Source: Macrostomum hystrix
Lineage: Eukaryota > Animalia > Platyhelminthes
Length of the DNA: 64,000 nt
Direction of reading: 5' to 3'
NCBI GenBank assembly: GCA_950097015.1
Contig: CATNEN010000007.1
Span: forward strand, 9,424,001 to 9,488,000
The notes below the pieces were generated by a model, which saw nothing but the letters and a program-made list of their open reading frames with translations, did no database searches and was not told the origin of the DNA. Shown here in pieces: positions 23,385 through 38,300 of the stretch (its first letter is position 1; every line of letters begins with the position of its first letter). The translations under genes and the position numbers were made by a program.

Positions 23385-26300
23385 TCACATTCTGCTCTCA
23401 GCGGGCAGGCTCAACAATGGCGGCGACATCAAAGGCACGGCCTCCTTCGCCGACGGTCCACCGTCCATCGACCTCCAGCCGCCAGCTAGGCCACAAGCTG
23501 AGGGCGAGCGTGACGGTGGGCCGCCAGCACCGCCGCCGCCAAAGCCGCTCGGGCTGGGACTGAGTCCGTTGATGCGACAGTCGCTTCGCGTTGTCATGGC
23601 AACGCCGGTGGTGGCATCGAAGCGGCGCCGCTGTCCGCCGGCATTGACGCCACCATGGCCACGGCTGCCGCCGCCACAGAAGACGGAGCGGAACCCCTGG
23701 CGGAACTTGGCCGACATGAGATTGTAGAATATCGGATTCAGCGTCGAGGACACGTAGTACAGTGAGCCTGCGGGATGCAACACCGAGTCTGACCAGCAAT
23801 GAGGGCGGAACCACTTCCCAGCTCCCGATTCCAATCAATTTGGCCACTTCCTGTATGAGGTCAAGGCAAGCTTCCTGCTTGATGGGGACAGGCAGTCCCT
23901 GTTTCCCAAAATAATCTCAAAAGAAAGCTTCAAGATGACGGGGTTTCCATAAAAAGACAAACTGCTTCATTCGAGGGCCGGTCATCGCAGCAAAGAATTA
24001 GAAAGATGGGCTCTAAGTGGTCCTTGGAGTAATGGCTTCTTTGCTCAAGCGAACTTCTGTCCTATGTCTAGAAAAATGTTGAAATAAGCCGGGACTTAAA
24101 AGCGAATTTGAAGCACAGACTGCGAATAAAGTCAAATTTAATCTAAAAATGTTTAATCCTATAGGGCTGCAGTCTTGAATAATTCTTCACTCCTGATCTC
24201 TCGAATTTGTCCTGAGTACCCACGACATTGACGGCTGAAAAACTTAAGAACATTTAATCCTGTGGCAACCGAAGTCCAATGTCTTGTAAATCCGTCAGCC
24301 AGAATAAATTAGATATACTAAAATACCGAAAAGAATAATCATATCATAGGATTTTATCGGAGCAGACTTTTTGGTTTTCGGAGATTTTTGCTGCAAACGA
24401 CTCAAAGAGACGAAAATCCAATCCGAAGTACTTTTAAACTACTGACTAAACAAAAATTTTAACTCTTAAATCTTATGTCGAAGGCGGGATAATAATGTTT
24501 AGCTTTTTAAAATGCCTTTAAGCATTTAGGACTTTGCGACTACACGCCACACTCAGAAATCGATCTCATTCCTAACCGCCACTCCGATAGCAACCTCACT
24601 CCCAACCCCTCCAACTACCACTCCGATAGCAACCTCACTCCCAACCCCTCCAACTCCCACTCCGACAGCCTGCCCACTCCCTAACCCTCAAACCGGCACT
24701 CCGACATCAACCTCATTCCTAACCCCGCAAACCGCCACACCGATAGCAACCTCACTCCCAACCCCTCAAACCGCCACACCGATAGCAACCTCACTCCCAA
24801 CCCCTCAAACTGCCAATCCGATAGCAACCTCACTCCGTACTCCTCCAACCGCAACCCAGACAGCATCCTCACTCCCTCGCCGCAACTCACCAGAGCAGAA
24901 GTAGAGCGCGTTGGTGATTGGCGGCGGCAGGTACTGAAGCCGGCCGTAGGTGGCCAGCAGGCGCTGCAGATGAAATGGCGCCCAGCAGATAAAGAAAGTG
25001 ACCACGATTACCACTGAAATGCATGCGGAGGAAGTACAGCTGAGTTGCTTTTGAGTTGAAATAACTTAGAAAAACAAAAAACAAAAGCCCCTGCCCAAAA
25101 TGGGGATCTGGTTGAAGATCGTCGGGAAGGAGACAATCTATTATGGCGAAAATCCGGACTCAAGCAGCGGGAAGAACAAGAAGTGAGCGGGGCATTTGAT
25201 GGGCAGAGAAGAGGAGGCAGGTCTCGAATGTCTGCCAGCCAGCGGTGCCTTCCCGCGGCTCTCGCCTCACATCCGCTCCCGGGGCCAGTTTCAGCAGCTT
25301 TGGCAGCGGCGGGCAGGAGAGGAGAGGGGAGATTTTTTGAGAGGCCGATCGACATCTGGCCATTCTTTCAGGCCTTCTGGCAGCATGTCGCTTTGTGAGC
25401 AGGCATAAATGGGAGCTGGATGCAGTGCTCCCCTCCGTCTGGGGATATCGGCTTTCATCTGGGAATTATCCACTCTTCCTTCGGTAATTCCGGGGCTGCA
25501 TGTGCGGCGGATAAAAGCCGCCGGGCCACCATCATCCTTGCCGCCCACCATCCTTACTGAGCCTGCCGCGGCTGCTCGGCCGGATTGATTGATGGGGGGA
25601 GAGGCTGGGGTGGCGAGGCCGTCGGACCTCTGTCTCTCTCCCCCTCCTGACAATGGCGGTAAACAAGCCGAATGACTGCGGCCGGCCGGAAGGGCGCCAA
25701 CTTTCCTTTTTTGTTCTCCCCCCGTGGGGGGTCGTGCCTTGCGCCATTGTCGCCGAGGCGGCCTCTCCAATCGCCAGAATTATCTTTCCGAAAGCGGTAG
25801 ATTTTGCAATTAGAAGAAAATTTTCTCAGCCTGCTCGGCCTGGCCTCCCATTATTGCTCAAGTGTGTGACCAGAATCCGGAATATCCCAGGCCGTCCTGA
25901 GCGATCTGCGTCCCAGAAAGCCTCACTGAACAGTCCAGGCTCCCCGGGGAGGCGGCGTAGCCGACAATCCCACCTTCCCCATCCCCGCAGAAGGAAGGGC
26001 GTAATGAGTAGCCGGCCCAGCGCTAATTCATTCAGCTTGAGCAACCACCGCCAGCCCTGGCTCAATCCTTGAGCAGTAGAGGAGACCGCTCGCTGGTCGG
26101 TGACAAAGTAGTGCGCCCCCCCCTTGCGCGGACTTCCTGCGGCCGCTGCCACTTTCAGCCAGCGAAGCCGCGCGACACTCGCGGCCAGCTTGATTCATTT
26201 CGACCCGGATTCACCGCGCTCAAAGGCTGCCACAGCTTTGACGGGCGAATTCTAAGAGGCTGCAAACTTTCTCTCATACAGTTTTCTGCACACACCAATG

Positions 26301-29300
26301 CACTGGGATTTTAGCTGATGGAGGCAGACAGACAGGCTGCTCACCGAGCATTCGAACCACCGAGTTCTTGGACCGCCTGTCCCTGTCTCGCATGGCGCTG
26401 CTTCTTCCGGCCTGGTGGCTGCTGCGGACGTCTTCGTTGCCGGCGCCCCTGACGCCCCTTCCGGACATGGGATTCGAGCGCTGGAGGGCCACGGCGATGA
26501 GCAGGTAGAGCACGGCTATGACGCAGACGGGCACGACGAAGAACAGCAGGCCGGAGACGCGGATGTGGGTGTCGCACTGGGCACAGTTGCAGACCACGCT
26601 GAGCGGGATCGGCTGGCCGGTCAGGTTGGCCCAGGCGGGCTCCGGGCAGCCGAGGGCCGCGTGGCCAGACGCCGACAGGTTCGGGTAGGAGACGTAGGGC
26701 GCCGGGGCGGAGGCGAGGCCCACCGGCACGCAGACGAGGCCGCCGATCAGCCAGATGGACAGGATGATGAAGAAGGTTCTCTTGAAGCTGGAGATCACCT
26801 GGGCTCGCAGAGGGTGCGCGATGGCAATGTAGCGCTCCACTGTGAAGCAGGTAATGGTGAGGATGCTGACGGTTGGCGTCAGCTCGGCCAGGAAGTTGCG
26901 CAGGCGGCAGAGCTCGGAGTTCAGGTACCAGGGGTACTGAGTCACCAGGATGCTGTACAGCTCGTGCGGAATACCTGCGGGCGCGGCAGTGAAGACAGTG
27001 TTCTCTCTATTCTGTTCTTCAATATTATTTTCTATTTTATTATTTTCTATTCTATTCTATTCTATTATATTCTATTCTATTATATTCTATTCTATTCTAT
27101 TCTATTCTATAATGTTCTGTTCTTTTCTTTTCGCAGCAGATTCAGCGCTTGAACAAAATATTCAATGCAATTGAATTATTTTATTCAGCCAATAATTCAT
27201 ACGGATGTTTTTTCATTGGACATGACAAATGTTTCTTTCAGCCGACAACCTCTTTGATGTTTATCGAGGTCGACTGTCGCGTTAAGCAGATTAATCTTTC
27301 TAATCCGATTTGTTTGACTTCCAGTCTAGGTATTGAAGACCCGCTGTTCGATATTAAATGTACTTTTAGCACTTTTGCTGTTTAGCAAAGAGCACGGAAG
27401 ATTTGAAGCACTGTGGAGCAATATCACTGTCCAGGACGAAAAGTCACTCCCAAGCAAAATCTCATTTCCCCAGACAAAATGGCACACTCTCAGACCGAAA
27501 TCTCACCTTTCCAGACAAAATGGCACACTCTCAGTCAGAAATCTCACTTTCCCAGACAAAGTGGCACACTCTCAGTCAGAAATCTCACTTTCCCAGACAA
27601 AATGGCACACTCTCAGTCAGAAATCTCACTTTCCCAGACAAAATGGCACACTCTCAGTCAGAAATCTCACCTTCCCAGACAAAGTGGCACACTCTCAGTC
27701 AGAAATCTCACCTTCCCAGACAAAGTGGCACACTCTCAGTCAGAAATCTCACTTTCCCAGACAAAGTAGCACACTCTCAGATAGAAATCTCACTTTCCCA
27801 GACAAAATGGCACACTCTCAGTCAGAAATCTCACCTTCCCAGACAAAGTGGCACACTCTCAGTCAGAAATCTCACTTTCCCAGACAAAATGGCACACTCT
27901 CAGTCAGAAATCTCACCTTCCCAGACAAAGTGGCACACTCTCAGTCAGAAATCTCACCTTCCCAGACAAAGTGGCACACTCTCAGTCAGAAATCTCACTT
28001 TCCCAGACAAAGTAGCACACTCTCAGATAGAAATCTCACTTTCCCAGACAAAATGGCACACTCTCAGTCAGAAATCTCACTTTCCCAGACAAAATGGCAC
28101 ACTCTCAGTCAGAAATCTCACCTTCCCAGACAAAGTGGCACACTCTCAGTCAGAAATCTCACCTTCCCAGACAAAGTGGCACACTCTCAGTCAGAAATCT
28201 CACTTTCCCAGACAAAGTAGCACACTCTCAGATAGAAATCTCACTTTCCCAGACAAAATGGCACACTCTCAGTCAGAAATCTCACCTTCCCAGACAAAGT
28301 GGCACACTCTCAGACACAAATCTCACCTTCCCAGACAAAATGACACACTCTCAGTCAGAAATCTCATCTTCCCAGACAAAGTGGCACACTCTCAGATAGA
28401 AATCTCACTTTCCCAGACAAAGTGGCACACTCTCAGTCAGAAATCTCACCTTCCCAGACAAAGTGGCACACTCTCAGTCAGAAATCTCACCTTCCCAGAC
28501 AAAATGGCACAATCGGGTTATTTTTTCGTCAAAATGTCGGCCGATTTAATTAGCGACCACAGCGCCCTCTTTTTGTTCTTTGCCGGATGTCCATTCTCAG
28601 GCGATCCCTTTCCTCTCTTGTTCAAGACTCCTCAGGGACCAGCTCCCACCCCATGCAGTCTGCAAGTCCAGACTGACTGGTTCCGATCCCAGCCGTCACG
28701 GGATATAAATGACCGCAGCAGAGTCGAGGAGCCTCCGTGAGATTAAAGAAGCTGTGAGCTCAAACTCATTTGCTCAGCTCCCGCGGGAGAGCCGTTCAGC
28801 GGGCCCGTGGCGGCTCGCGTGCAAGGGAGCCAAGCGGCCTCGATTAAATCCCCAAATGGGATCAGAGAACTGAGGGGGGCAGTGGGAATATCTGAAAATC
28901 AATTATCCCCCCAGCAAGTGCGAATTCGGCAGCCAGAGGCGCGACTCGAAATCCCAAATGAGCATTTCTCAGCCATTTTGTCCTTTACAAGTGCGGCGTC
29001 CTCCGCGCCTGCGGTGAACTCGGCGAACTCCTGAAATCTCAGCCATTCTGAGTCGGTGCCGACGCACTTAACGCCAGGCTGCTGTGACCTTCATTGTACA
29101 CTGCTCTCCAGTATTTCTTGTGCCGCAATGCCTCAAGTGCAGGACCCAATGTCTAGGAGCCACAGAAATAAGCAAAGCTTCAGATTCCTGATGCTGATGT
29201 GCCAATCATTCTCATCGCACTCGCACTGATCGACCCGATTTTATCACTCGCTGATTTCCCAACAACTCAAATTTATCCCACTTAGCAGACTGCACATGGC

Positions 29301-32300
29301 AGAGCCAGATCCCAAGCAGTGATGGATCCCTAACTATGCTTGCGGGCAAGTGGGGAAAGAAGACAGAACTCCCTAGGTTGGAGTAGATTCCCAATGACCC
29401 AGAGTGGAGTAGATTCCCAATGACCCAGTGTGGAGTAGATTCCCAATGACCCAGTGTGGAGTAGATTCCCAATGACCCAGAGTGGAGTAGATTCCCAATG
29501 ACCCAGTGTGGAGTAGATTCCCAATGACCCAGAGTGGAGTAGATTCCCAATGACCCAGTGTGGAGTAGATTCCCAATGACCCAGTGTGGAGTAGATTCCC
29601 AATGACTCAGAGAGGAGTAGATTCCCAATGACCCAGAGTGGAGTAGATTCCCAATGACCCAGAGTGGAGTAGATTCCCAATGACCCAGAGTGGAGTAGAT
29701 TCCCAATGACCCAGAGTGGAGTAGATTCCCAATGACCCAGAGTGGAGTAGATTCCCAATGACCCAGAGTGGAGTAGATTCCCAATGACCCAGTGTGGAGT
29801 AGATTCCCAATGACCCAGTGTGGAGTAGATTCCCAATGACTCAGAGAGGAGTAGATTCCCAATGACTCAGAGTGGAGTAGATTCCCAATGACCCAGAGTG
29901 GAGTAGATTCCCAATGACCCAGAGTGGAGTAGATTCCCAATGACTCAGAGAGAAATAGATTCCCAATGACTCAGAGAGGAGTAGATTCCCAATGACCCAG
30001 AGTGGAGTAGATTCCCAATGACCCAGTGTGGAGTAGATTCCCAATGACCCAGTGTGGAGTAGATTCCCAATGACCCAGAGTGGAGTAGATTCCCAATTCC
30101 AGAGTGGAGTAGATTCCCAATGACCCAGTGTGGAGTAGATTCCCAATGACCCAGAGTGGAGTAGATTCCCAATGACCCAGTGTGGAGTAGATTCCCAATG
30201 ACTCAGAGAGGAGTAGATTCCCAATGACCCAGAGTGGAGTAGATTCCCAATGACCCAGTGTGGAGTAGATTCCCAATGACCCAGAGTGGAGTAGATTCCC
30301 AATGACCCAGTGTGGAGTAGATTCCCAATGACCCAGAGTGGAGTAGATTCCCAATGACCCAGAGTGGAGTAGATTCCCAATGACCCAGTGTGGAGTAGAT
30401 TCCCAATGACCCAGAGTGGAGTAGATTCCCAATGACCCAGTGTGGAGTAGATTCCCAATGACCCAGTGTGGAGTAGATTCCCAATGACCCAGTGTGGAGT
30501 GGATTCCCAATGACTCAGAGAGGATTAGATTCCCAATGACTCAGAGAGGAGTAGATTCCCAATGACCCAGTGTGGAGTGGATTCCCAATGACTCAGAGAG
30601 GATTAGATTCCCAATGACTCAGAGAGGATTAGATTCCCAATGACCCAGAGAGGAGTAGATTCCCAATGACCCAGTGTGGAGTGGATTCCCAATGACTCAG
30701 AGAGGATTAGATTCCCAATGACTCAGAGAGGAGTAGATTCCCAATGACCCAGAGAGGAGTAGATTCCCAATGACCCAGTGTGGAGTAGATTCCCAATGAC
30801 CCAGAGTGGAGTAGATTCCCAATGACCCAGAGTGGAGTAGATTCCCAATGACCCAGTGTGGAGTAGATTCCCAATGACTTAGAGAGGAGTAGATTCCCAA
30901 TGACCCAGAGTGGAGTAGATTCCCAATGACCCAGAGTGGAGTAGATTCCCAATGACCCAGTGTGGAGTGGATTCCCAATGATCCAGTGTGGAGTAGATTC
31001 CCAATTACCCAGTGTGGAGTAGATTCCCAATGACCCAGAGTGGAGTAGATTCCCAATGACTCAGAGAGGTGTAGATTCCCAATGACCCAGAGTGGAGTAG
31101 ATTCCCAATGACCCAGAGTGGAGTAGATTCCCAATGACCCAGTGTGGAGTGGATTCCCAATGATCCAGTGTGGAGTAGATTCCCAATTACCCAGTGTGGA
31201 GTAGATTCCCAATGACCCAGAGTGGAGTAGATTCCCAATGACCCAGAGAGGAGTAGATTCCCAATGACCCAGAGAGGAGTAGATTCCCAATGACTCAGAG
31301 AGGAGTAGATTCCCAATGACTCAGAGAGGAGTAGATTCCCAATGACCCAGAGAGGAGTAGATTCCCAATGACCCAGAGAGGAGTAGATTCCCAATGACCC
31401 AGTGTGGAGTAGATTCCCAATGATCCAGTGTGGAGTAGATTCCCAATGACCCAGTGTGGAGTAGATTCCCAATGACCCAGTGTGGAGTAGATTCCCAATG
31501 ACCCAGTGTGGAGTAGATTCCCAATGACCCAGAGTGGAGTAGATTCCCAATGACCCAGTGTGGAGTAGATTCCCAATGACCCAGTGTGGAGTAGATTCCC
31601 AATGACCCAGAGTGGAGTAGATTCCCAATGACCCAGAGAGGAGTAGATTCCCAATGACTCAGAGTGGAGTAGATTCCCAATGACCCAGTGTGGAGTAGAT
31701 TCCCAATGACCCAGAGAGGATTAGATTCCCAATGACTCAGTGTGGAGTAGATTCCCAATGACCCAGAGAGGAGTAGATTCCCAATGACCCAGTGTGGAGT
31801 AGATTCCCAATGACCCAGTGTGGAGTAGATTCCCAATGACCCAGAGAGGAGTAGATTCCCAATGACCCAGTGTGGAGTAGATTCCCAATGACCCAGTGTG
31901 GAGTAGATTCCCAATGACCCAGAGAGGAGTAGATTCCCAATGACTCAGAGTGGAGTAGATTCCCAATGACCCAGAGAGGAGTAGATTCCCAATGACCCAG
32001 TGTGGAGTAGATTCCCAATGACCCAGTGTGGAGTAGATTCCCAATGACCCAGTGTGGAGTAGATTCCCAATGACCCAGTGTGGAGTAGATTCCCAATGAC
32101 CCAGTGTGGAGTAGATTCCCAATGACCCAGAGAAGAGTAGATTCCCAATGACCCAGAGAGAAATAGATTCCCAATGACCCAGAGAGAAATAGATTCCCAA
32201 TGACTCAGAGTGGAGTAGATTCCCAATGACCCAGAGAGGAGTAGATTCCCAATGACCCAGTGTGGAGTAGATTCCCAATGACCCAGTGTGGAGTAGATTC

Positions 32301-35300
32301 CCAATGACCCAGTGTGGAGTAGATTCCCAATGACCCAGAGTGGAGTAGATTCCAAAAGAACCAGTGTGGAGTAGATTCCCAATGACCCAGAGTGGAGTAG
32401 ATTCCCAATGACCCAGAGAGAAATAGATTCCCAATGACCCAGAGAGAAATAGATTCCCAATGACCCAGAGAGAAATAGATTCCCAATGACCCAGAGAGAA
32501 ATAGATTCCCAATGACTCAGAGAGGAGTAGATTCCCAATGACCCAGAGAGGAGTAGATTCCCAATGACCCAGTGTGGAGTAGATTCCCAATGACCCGGTG
32601 TGGAGTAGATTCCCAATGACCCAGTGTGGAGTAGATTCCCAATGACCCAGTGTGGAGTAGATTCCCAATGACCCAGAGAGGAGTAGATTCCCAATGACCC
32701 AGAGAGGATTAGATTCCCAATGACTCAGAGAGGAGTAGATTCCCAATGACCCAGAGAGGAGTAGATTCCCAATGACTCAGTGTGGAGTAGATTCCCAATG
32801 ACCCAGAGTGGAGTAGATTCCCAATGACCCAGAGTGGAGTAGATTCCCAATGACCCAGAGTGGAGTAGATTCCCAATGACCCAGAGAGGAGTAGATTCCC
32901 AATGACTCAGAGAGGAGTAGATTCCCAATGACCCAGAGTGGAGTAGATTCCCAATGACCCAGAGAGGAATAGATTCCCAATGACCCAGTGTGGAGTAGAT
33001 TCCCAATGACCCAGAGAGGAGTAGATTCCCAATGACCCAGAGAGGATTAGATTCCCAATGACTCAGAGAGGAGTAGATTCCCAATGACCCAGAGAGGAGT
33101 AGATTCCCAATGACTCAGAGAGGAGTAGATTCCCAATGACTCAGTGTGGAGTAGATTCCCAATGACCCAGAGTGGAGTAGATTCCCAATGACCCAGAGTG
33201 GAGTAGATTCCCAATGACCCAGAGTGGAGTAGATTCCCAATGACCCAGAGAGGAGTAGATTCCCAATGACTCAGAGAGTAGTAGATTCCCAATGACTCAG
33301 AGAGGAGTAGATTCCCAATGACTCAGAGAGGAGTAGATTCCCAATGACCCAGAGTGGAGTAGATTCCCAATGACCCAGAGAGGAATAGATTCCCAATGAC
33401 TCAGTGTGGAGTAGATTCCCAATGACCCAGAGTGGAGTAGATTCCCAATGACTCAGAGTGGAATAGATTCCCAATGACCCAGTGTGGAGTAGATTCCCAA
33501 TGACCCAGTGTGGAGTAGATTCCCAATGACCCAGTGTGGAGTAGATTCCCAATGACCCAGAGAGGAGTAGATTCCCAATGACCCAGAGAGGATTAGATTC
33601 CCAATGACTCAGAGAGGAGTAGATTCCCAATGACTTAGAGAGGAGTAGATTCCCAATGACTCAGTGTGGAGTAGATTCCCAATGACCCAGAGTGGAGTAG
33701 ATTCCCAATGACCCAGAGTGGAGTAGATTCCCAATGACCCAGTGTGGAGTAGATTCCCAATGACCCAGAGAGGAGTAGATTCCCAATGACCCAGAGAGGA
33801 TTAGATTCCCAATGACTCAGAGAGGAGTAGATTCCCAATGACCCAGAGAGGATTAGATTCCCAATGACTCAGAGAGGAGTAGATTCCCAATGACTCAGTG
33901 TGGAGTAGATTCCCAATGACCCAGAGAGGAGTAGATTCCCAATTACCCAGAGTGGAGTAGATTCCCAATGACTCAGAGTGGAGTAGATTCCCAATGACCC
34001 AGAGTGGAGTAGATTCCCAATGACTCAGTGTGGAATAGATTCCCAATGACCCAGAGTGGAGTAGATTCCCAATGACCCAGAGTGGAGTAGATTCCCAATG
34101 ACTCAGTGTGGAATAGATTCCCAATGACCCAGAGTGGAGTAGATTCCCAATTACCCAGAGTGGAGTAGATTCCCAATGACCCAGAGTGGAGTAGATTCCC
34201 AATGACCCAGAGTGGAGTAGATTCCCAATGACCCAGAGTGGAGTAGATTCCCAATGACCCAGAGTGGAGTAGATTCCCAATGACTCAGTGTGGAATAGAT
34301 TCCCAATGACCCAGAGTGGAGTAGATTCCCAATGACCCAGAGTGGAGTAGATTCCCAATGACTCAGAGAGGAGTAGATTCCCAATGACCCAGTGTGGAGT
34401 AGATTCCCAATGACCCAGAGTGGAGTAGATTCCCAATGACCCAGAGTGGAGTAGATTCCCAATGACCCAGAGTGGATTAGATTCCCAATGACCCAGAGAG
34501 GAGTAGATTCCCAATGACCCAGAGTGGAGTAGATTCCCAATTACCCAGAGAGGAGTAGATTCCCAATGACCCAGAGTGGAGTAGATTCCCAATGACCCAG
34601 AGAGGAGTAGATTCCCAATGACCCAGTGTGGAGTAGATTCCCAATTACCCAGAGAGGAGTAGATTCCCAATGACCCAGAGAGGAGTAGATTCCCAATGAC
34701 CCAGTGTGGAGTAGATTCCCAATGACCCAGAGTGGAGTAGATTCCCAATGACCCAGAGAGGAGTAGATTCCCAATGACCCAGTGTGGAGTAGATTCCCAA
34801 TGACCCAGAGTGGAGTAGATTCCCAATGACCCAGAGTGGAGTAGATTCCCAATGACTCAGAGAGGAGTAGATTCCCAATGACCCAGAGTGGAGTAGATTC
34901 CCAATGACTCAGAGAGGAGTAGATTCCCAATGACCCAGTGTGGAGTAGATTCCCAATGACTCAGTGTGGAGTAGATTCCCAATGACCCAGAGAGGAGTAG
35001 ATTCCCAATGACCCAGTGTGGAGTAGATTCCCAATGACCCAGAGTGGAGTAGATTCCCAATGACCCAGAGTGGAGTAGATTCCCAATGACTCAGAGAGGA
35101 GTAGATTCCCAATGACCCAGAGTGGAGTAGATTCCCAATGACTCAGAGAGGAGTAGATTCCCAATGACCCAGTGTGGAGTAGATTCCCAATGACTCAGTG
35201 TGGAGTAGATTCCCAATGACCCAGAGAGGAGTAGATTCCCAATGACCCAGTGTGGAGTAGATTCCCAATGACTGTAGACTGTGTGCAGTTCCTTATTTTG

Positions 35301-38300
35301 TGAAGGCGAGCTTGTTGAGTGCTTTCAATGAAGCGGTCAGCAGAAAGCGCTGAAGATCCTTCTCTCAAGGGAGAATGTGGCACTGACGCCGCTGTTGAAC
35401 GGAACTCAATTTGTCCAGTCGATTCGAATCAAAAGTTCACAATCACATTTTGTAAATTTCCAACCCTCTATCAGCATATCGATAATTGATCAGCTCATCT
35501 CACAGGTTGCCATCCTATCGAGTTGGCACCGACCTTCAACACTTGCTGGCTGCTGCAGGCTGCTGATTCACTGGGGACACGGGGCACAGCTGAACTCGCA
35601 TTCCCGATGCACTGATAGCCACTGTGGTGCTTCAAGGCAGGCAAACATTGGAGAAATTGACAGCGCGGAAGCCAGTGGAATCTGCAGCGCGCACTTTTCA
35701 TGCCTACAAGCGGGGATCCGCCAGGCAGTCAAGTGCGGCCTCCTAAAAGAGCAATCCAAGACAAGGCAGACGGACCGCCCGCTGCGATGGCGGGAACGAA
35801 GCAGTTGCTTGTGCGTCTGTGGGCTGTTCAATCACTCCCAGCATACCACCTGTTCCCTGATCTGCTATTTTTAAGCTTCTGCCAGAATCTGCTTTTGCGC
35901 CTAGCCTAGCACAGTGAACTGGTCACAGCGAGTCGGCTTCTTTGACAAAACAATGTCCAGCACCAGCCAGGCTACGGGTACTGAAGACTGACGACTGTAG
36001 TCAGCTGATTTCAGTACAGCGATTTTCATTCTCGCATTATTGCTCAAGATGTCCTCGCAATACCACTCCGGTAATCTCATTTTATTATACCTAGTCCGTT
36101 AGTTTCATTATATATAATGATCCGTTACTTTCAATTTAGTTATCTAGTTAAACAAGTCCGTTAATTCGAGACTCCTAAATCAGATCGTTAATTTCATTTT
36201 TTATATTTAGTCCGTTAATTTCATTCAAATAAAATAAATCCGCTACTTTCAATCTAGTTAAATAGTCCGTTAATTTTAGACTACTCAATCAGTTCGTTAA
36301 ATTCAGTCTCGTTAAACCAGTCTGTTAATATAGTGACTATTGAGTTCTTTGTTGGTCCGCTGAATGTTCTCATCGGTATGTTCGTTTTAAAATAAGTCTT
36401 TGTAGTCCTTGTACCTTTCACTGCGGGCCGAATTAACGGTGTAATAAGTCTGACTAGAGACTGCGTCATATCGAATTCCAACTTTATTAGCTACAATTAT
36501 GCAAAGTGCTTTCAAAAAGCAATGAACTGGATTCCTGCTGCTTGGGAGTTCTTGACTCCAATTAATAAGGCCGGCTGGCGAAACCTGCGCGTGACCCCAG
36601 GCAGGCTTGTATCCGACCTGGACTATGCCGGCCCAGAATCCCAAAATATTGAGGAATTTCATACATCGGTCTCGCGCCTCGATCCCTCGCCCAGCCTGTC
36701 CCTGGGTGACCCCCGCCAGCCCAGCCGCTCCTCTGATTCCCGCTGGCCTAACCAGCCCACTTCCCTCCCAATCCCATCTCCCAAAGATCCGCGCGGATTC
36801 CCCTATTTTTTCGTTACGCAGATTGATTGCGGGTCAGTATGAGGGGGAGGTGGGGTGGACGCCCTGTTTGCCGGCAATCGGCTTTCACTTATCCGAGAGC
36901 CGCAGCGGCGCGCTTGGCCGATTTGGCCATTCTAGAAAGTGAGATGCACTCACGCGAAGCTACTCGATACCTCACTCACCCGACTCACCCCACAGTCACC
37001 AACACTCACCCACACTCACCCGACTCACCCACACTCACACCGACTCACCCACACTCACCCGACTCACCCACACTCACCCGACTCACTCCACAGTCACCAA
37101 CACTCACCCACACTCACCCGACTCACCCACACTCACCCGACTCACTCCACACTCACACCGACTCACTCCACACTCATACCGACTCACTCCCACACTCACA
37201 CCGAATCACTCCACACTCACCCGACTCACCCACACTCACACCGACTCACCCACACTCACACCGACTTACTCCCACACTCATACCGACTCACTCCCACACT
37301 CACACCGACTCACTCCACACTCACACCGACTCACCCCACACTCACACCGACTCACTCCACACTCACACCGACTCACTCCACACTCACACCGACTCACTCC
37401 ACACTCACACCGACTCACTCCACACTCACACCGACTCACTCCACACTCACACCGACTCACCCCACACTCATACCGACTCACCCCACACTCACACCGACTC
37501 ACTCCACACTCACCCGACTCACTTCACACTCATACCGACTCACCCCACACTCACATCGACTCACCCCACAGTCAATAACACACACCCACACTCACACCGA
37601 CTCACTCCACACTCACACCGACTCACTCCCACACTCACACCGACTCACTCCACACTCACACCGACTCACTCCACACTCACACCGACTCACTCCCACACTC
37701 ACACCGACTCACTCCACACTCACACCGACTCACCCCGCACTCACCCGCACTCACCCCACACTCACCCCTGTCTCACCCCATACTCACCCCTGTCTCACCC
37801 CCGACTCACCATGATTCACATTAGACTCACTCTTTGTCCTTAGATGGCTATTGTAGGCCTAAAAAATCCAATAGCATTCTTTACAATGTCTTAATTGCTT
37901 TTTTCGCGTGTTTGGCCCTTATAAGAGAAGCCTTTTAATCTGTTTTCCTGTTGGCAAGATGTGAGAAAGAGGTGAAAATTCTACTGGGCAGTTGTGAGCA
38001 AAGAAAGGCTCCTGATCCGTCCAGTTTTTCTATATTGCCATTGTGCATGGTCACGCAGTCAAGCCTTTCAATTTCATTATATTTTTCTTTGTCTATGCAT
38101 GATAAAAATTGTTTGACTTTTTCCGCGTCAATTTAAACTGAATTTTAGTCTGAGCTTGAAAGTGTACTCTTTCAAAATTGAGAATTCTCTGTTCTTGGCT
38201 TCCTTGGCTTTTTGGGAAACTGACAGCCAGCAACTGCTGCAAAATAGCCCTCCCTGACTTGGCGGAACATTGCTCAACTATAACCGCAGACTGCTCAACA

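Noticed and set aside
25100-26330. Nested gene in GC-rich GPCR intron 2
   Set aside because: Overlapping short ORFs on both strands with no recognisable motif or consistent splice chain; may be regulatory but is unsupported.
27333-28740. 295-445 aa ORFs
   Set aside because: Products of the 41-bp array, antisense within the GPCR intron.
29380-35272. CRISPR array or repeat protein ([13 protein letters not shown] ORFs)
   Set aside because: Units are head-to-tail with no unique spacers and no cas genes. The 26-bp period makes all frames cycle the same peptide, typical of satellite translation.
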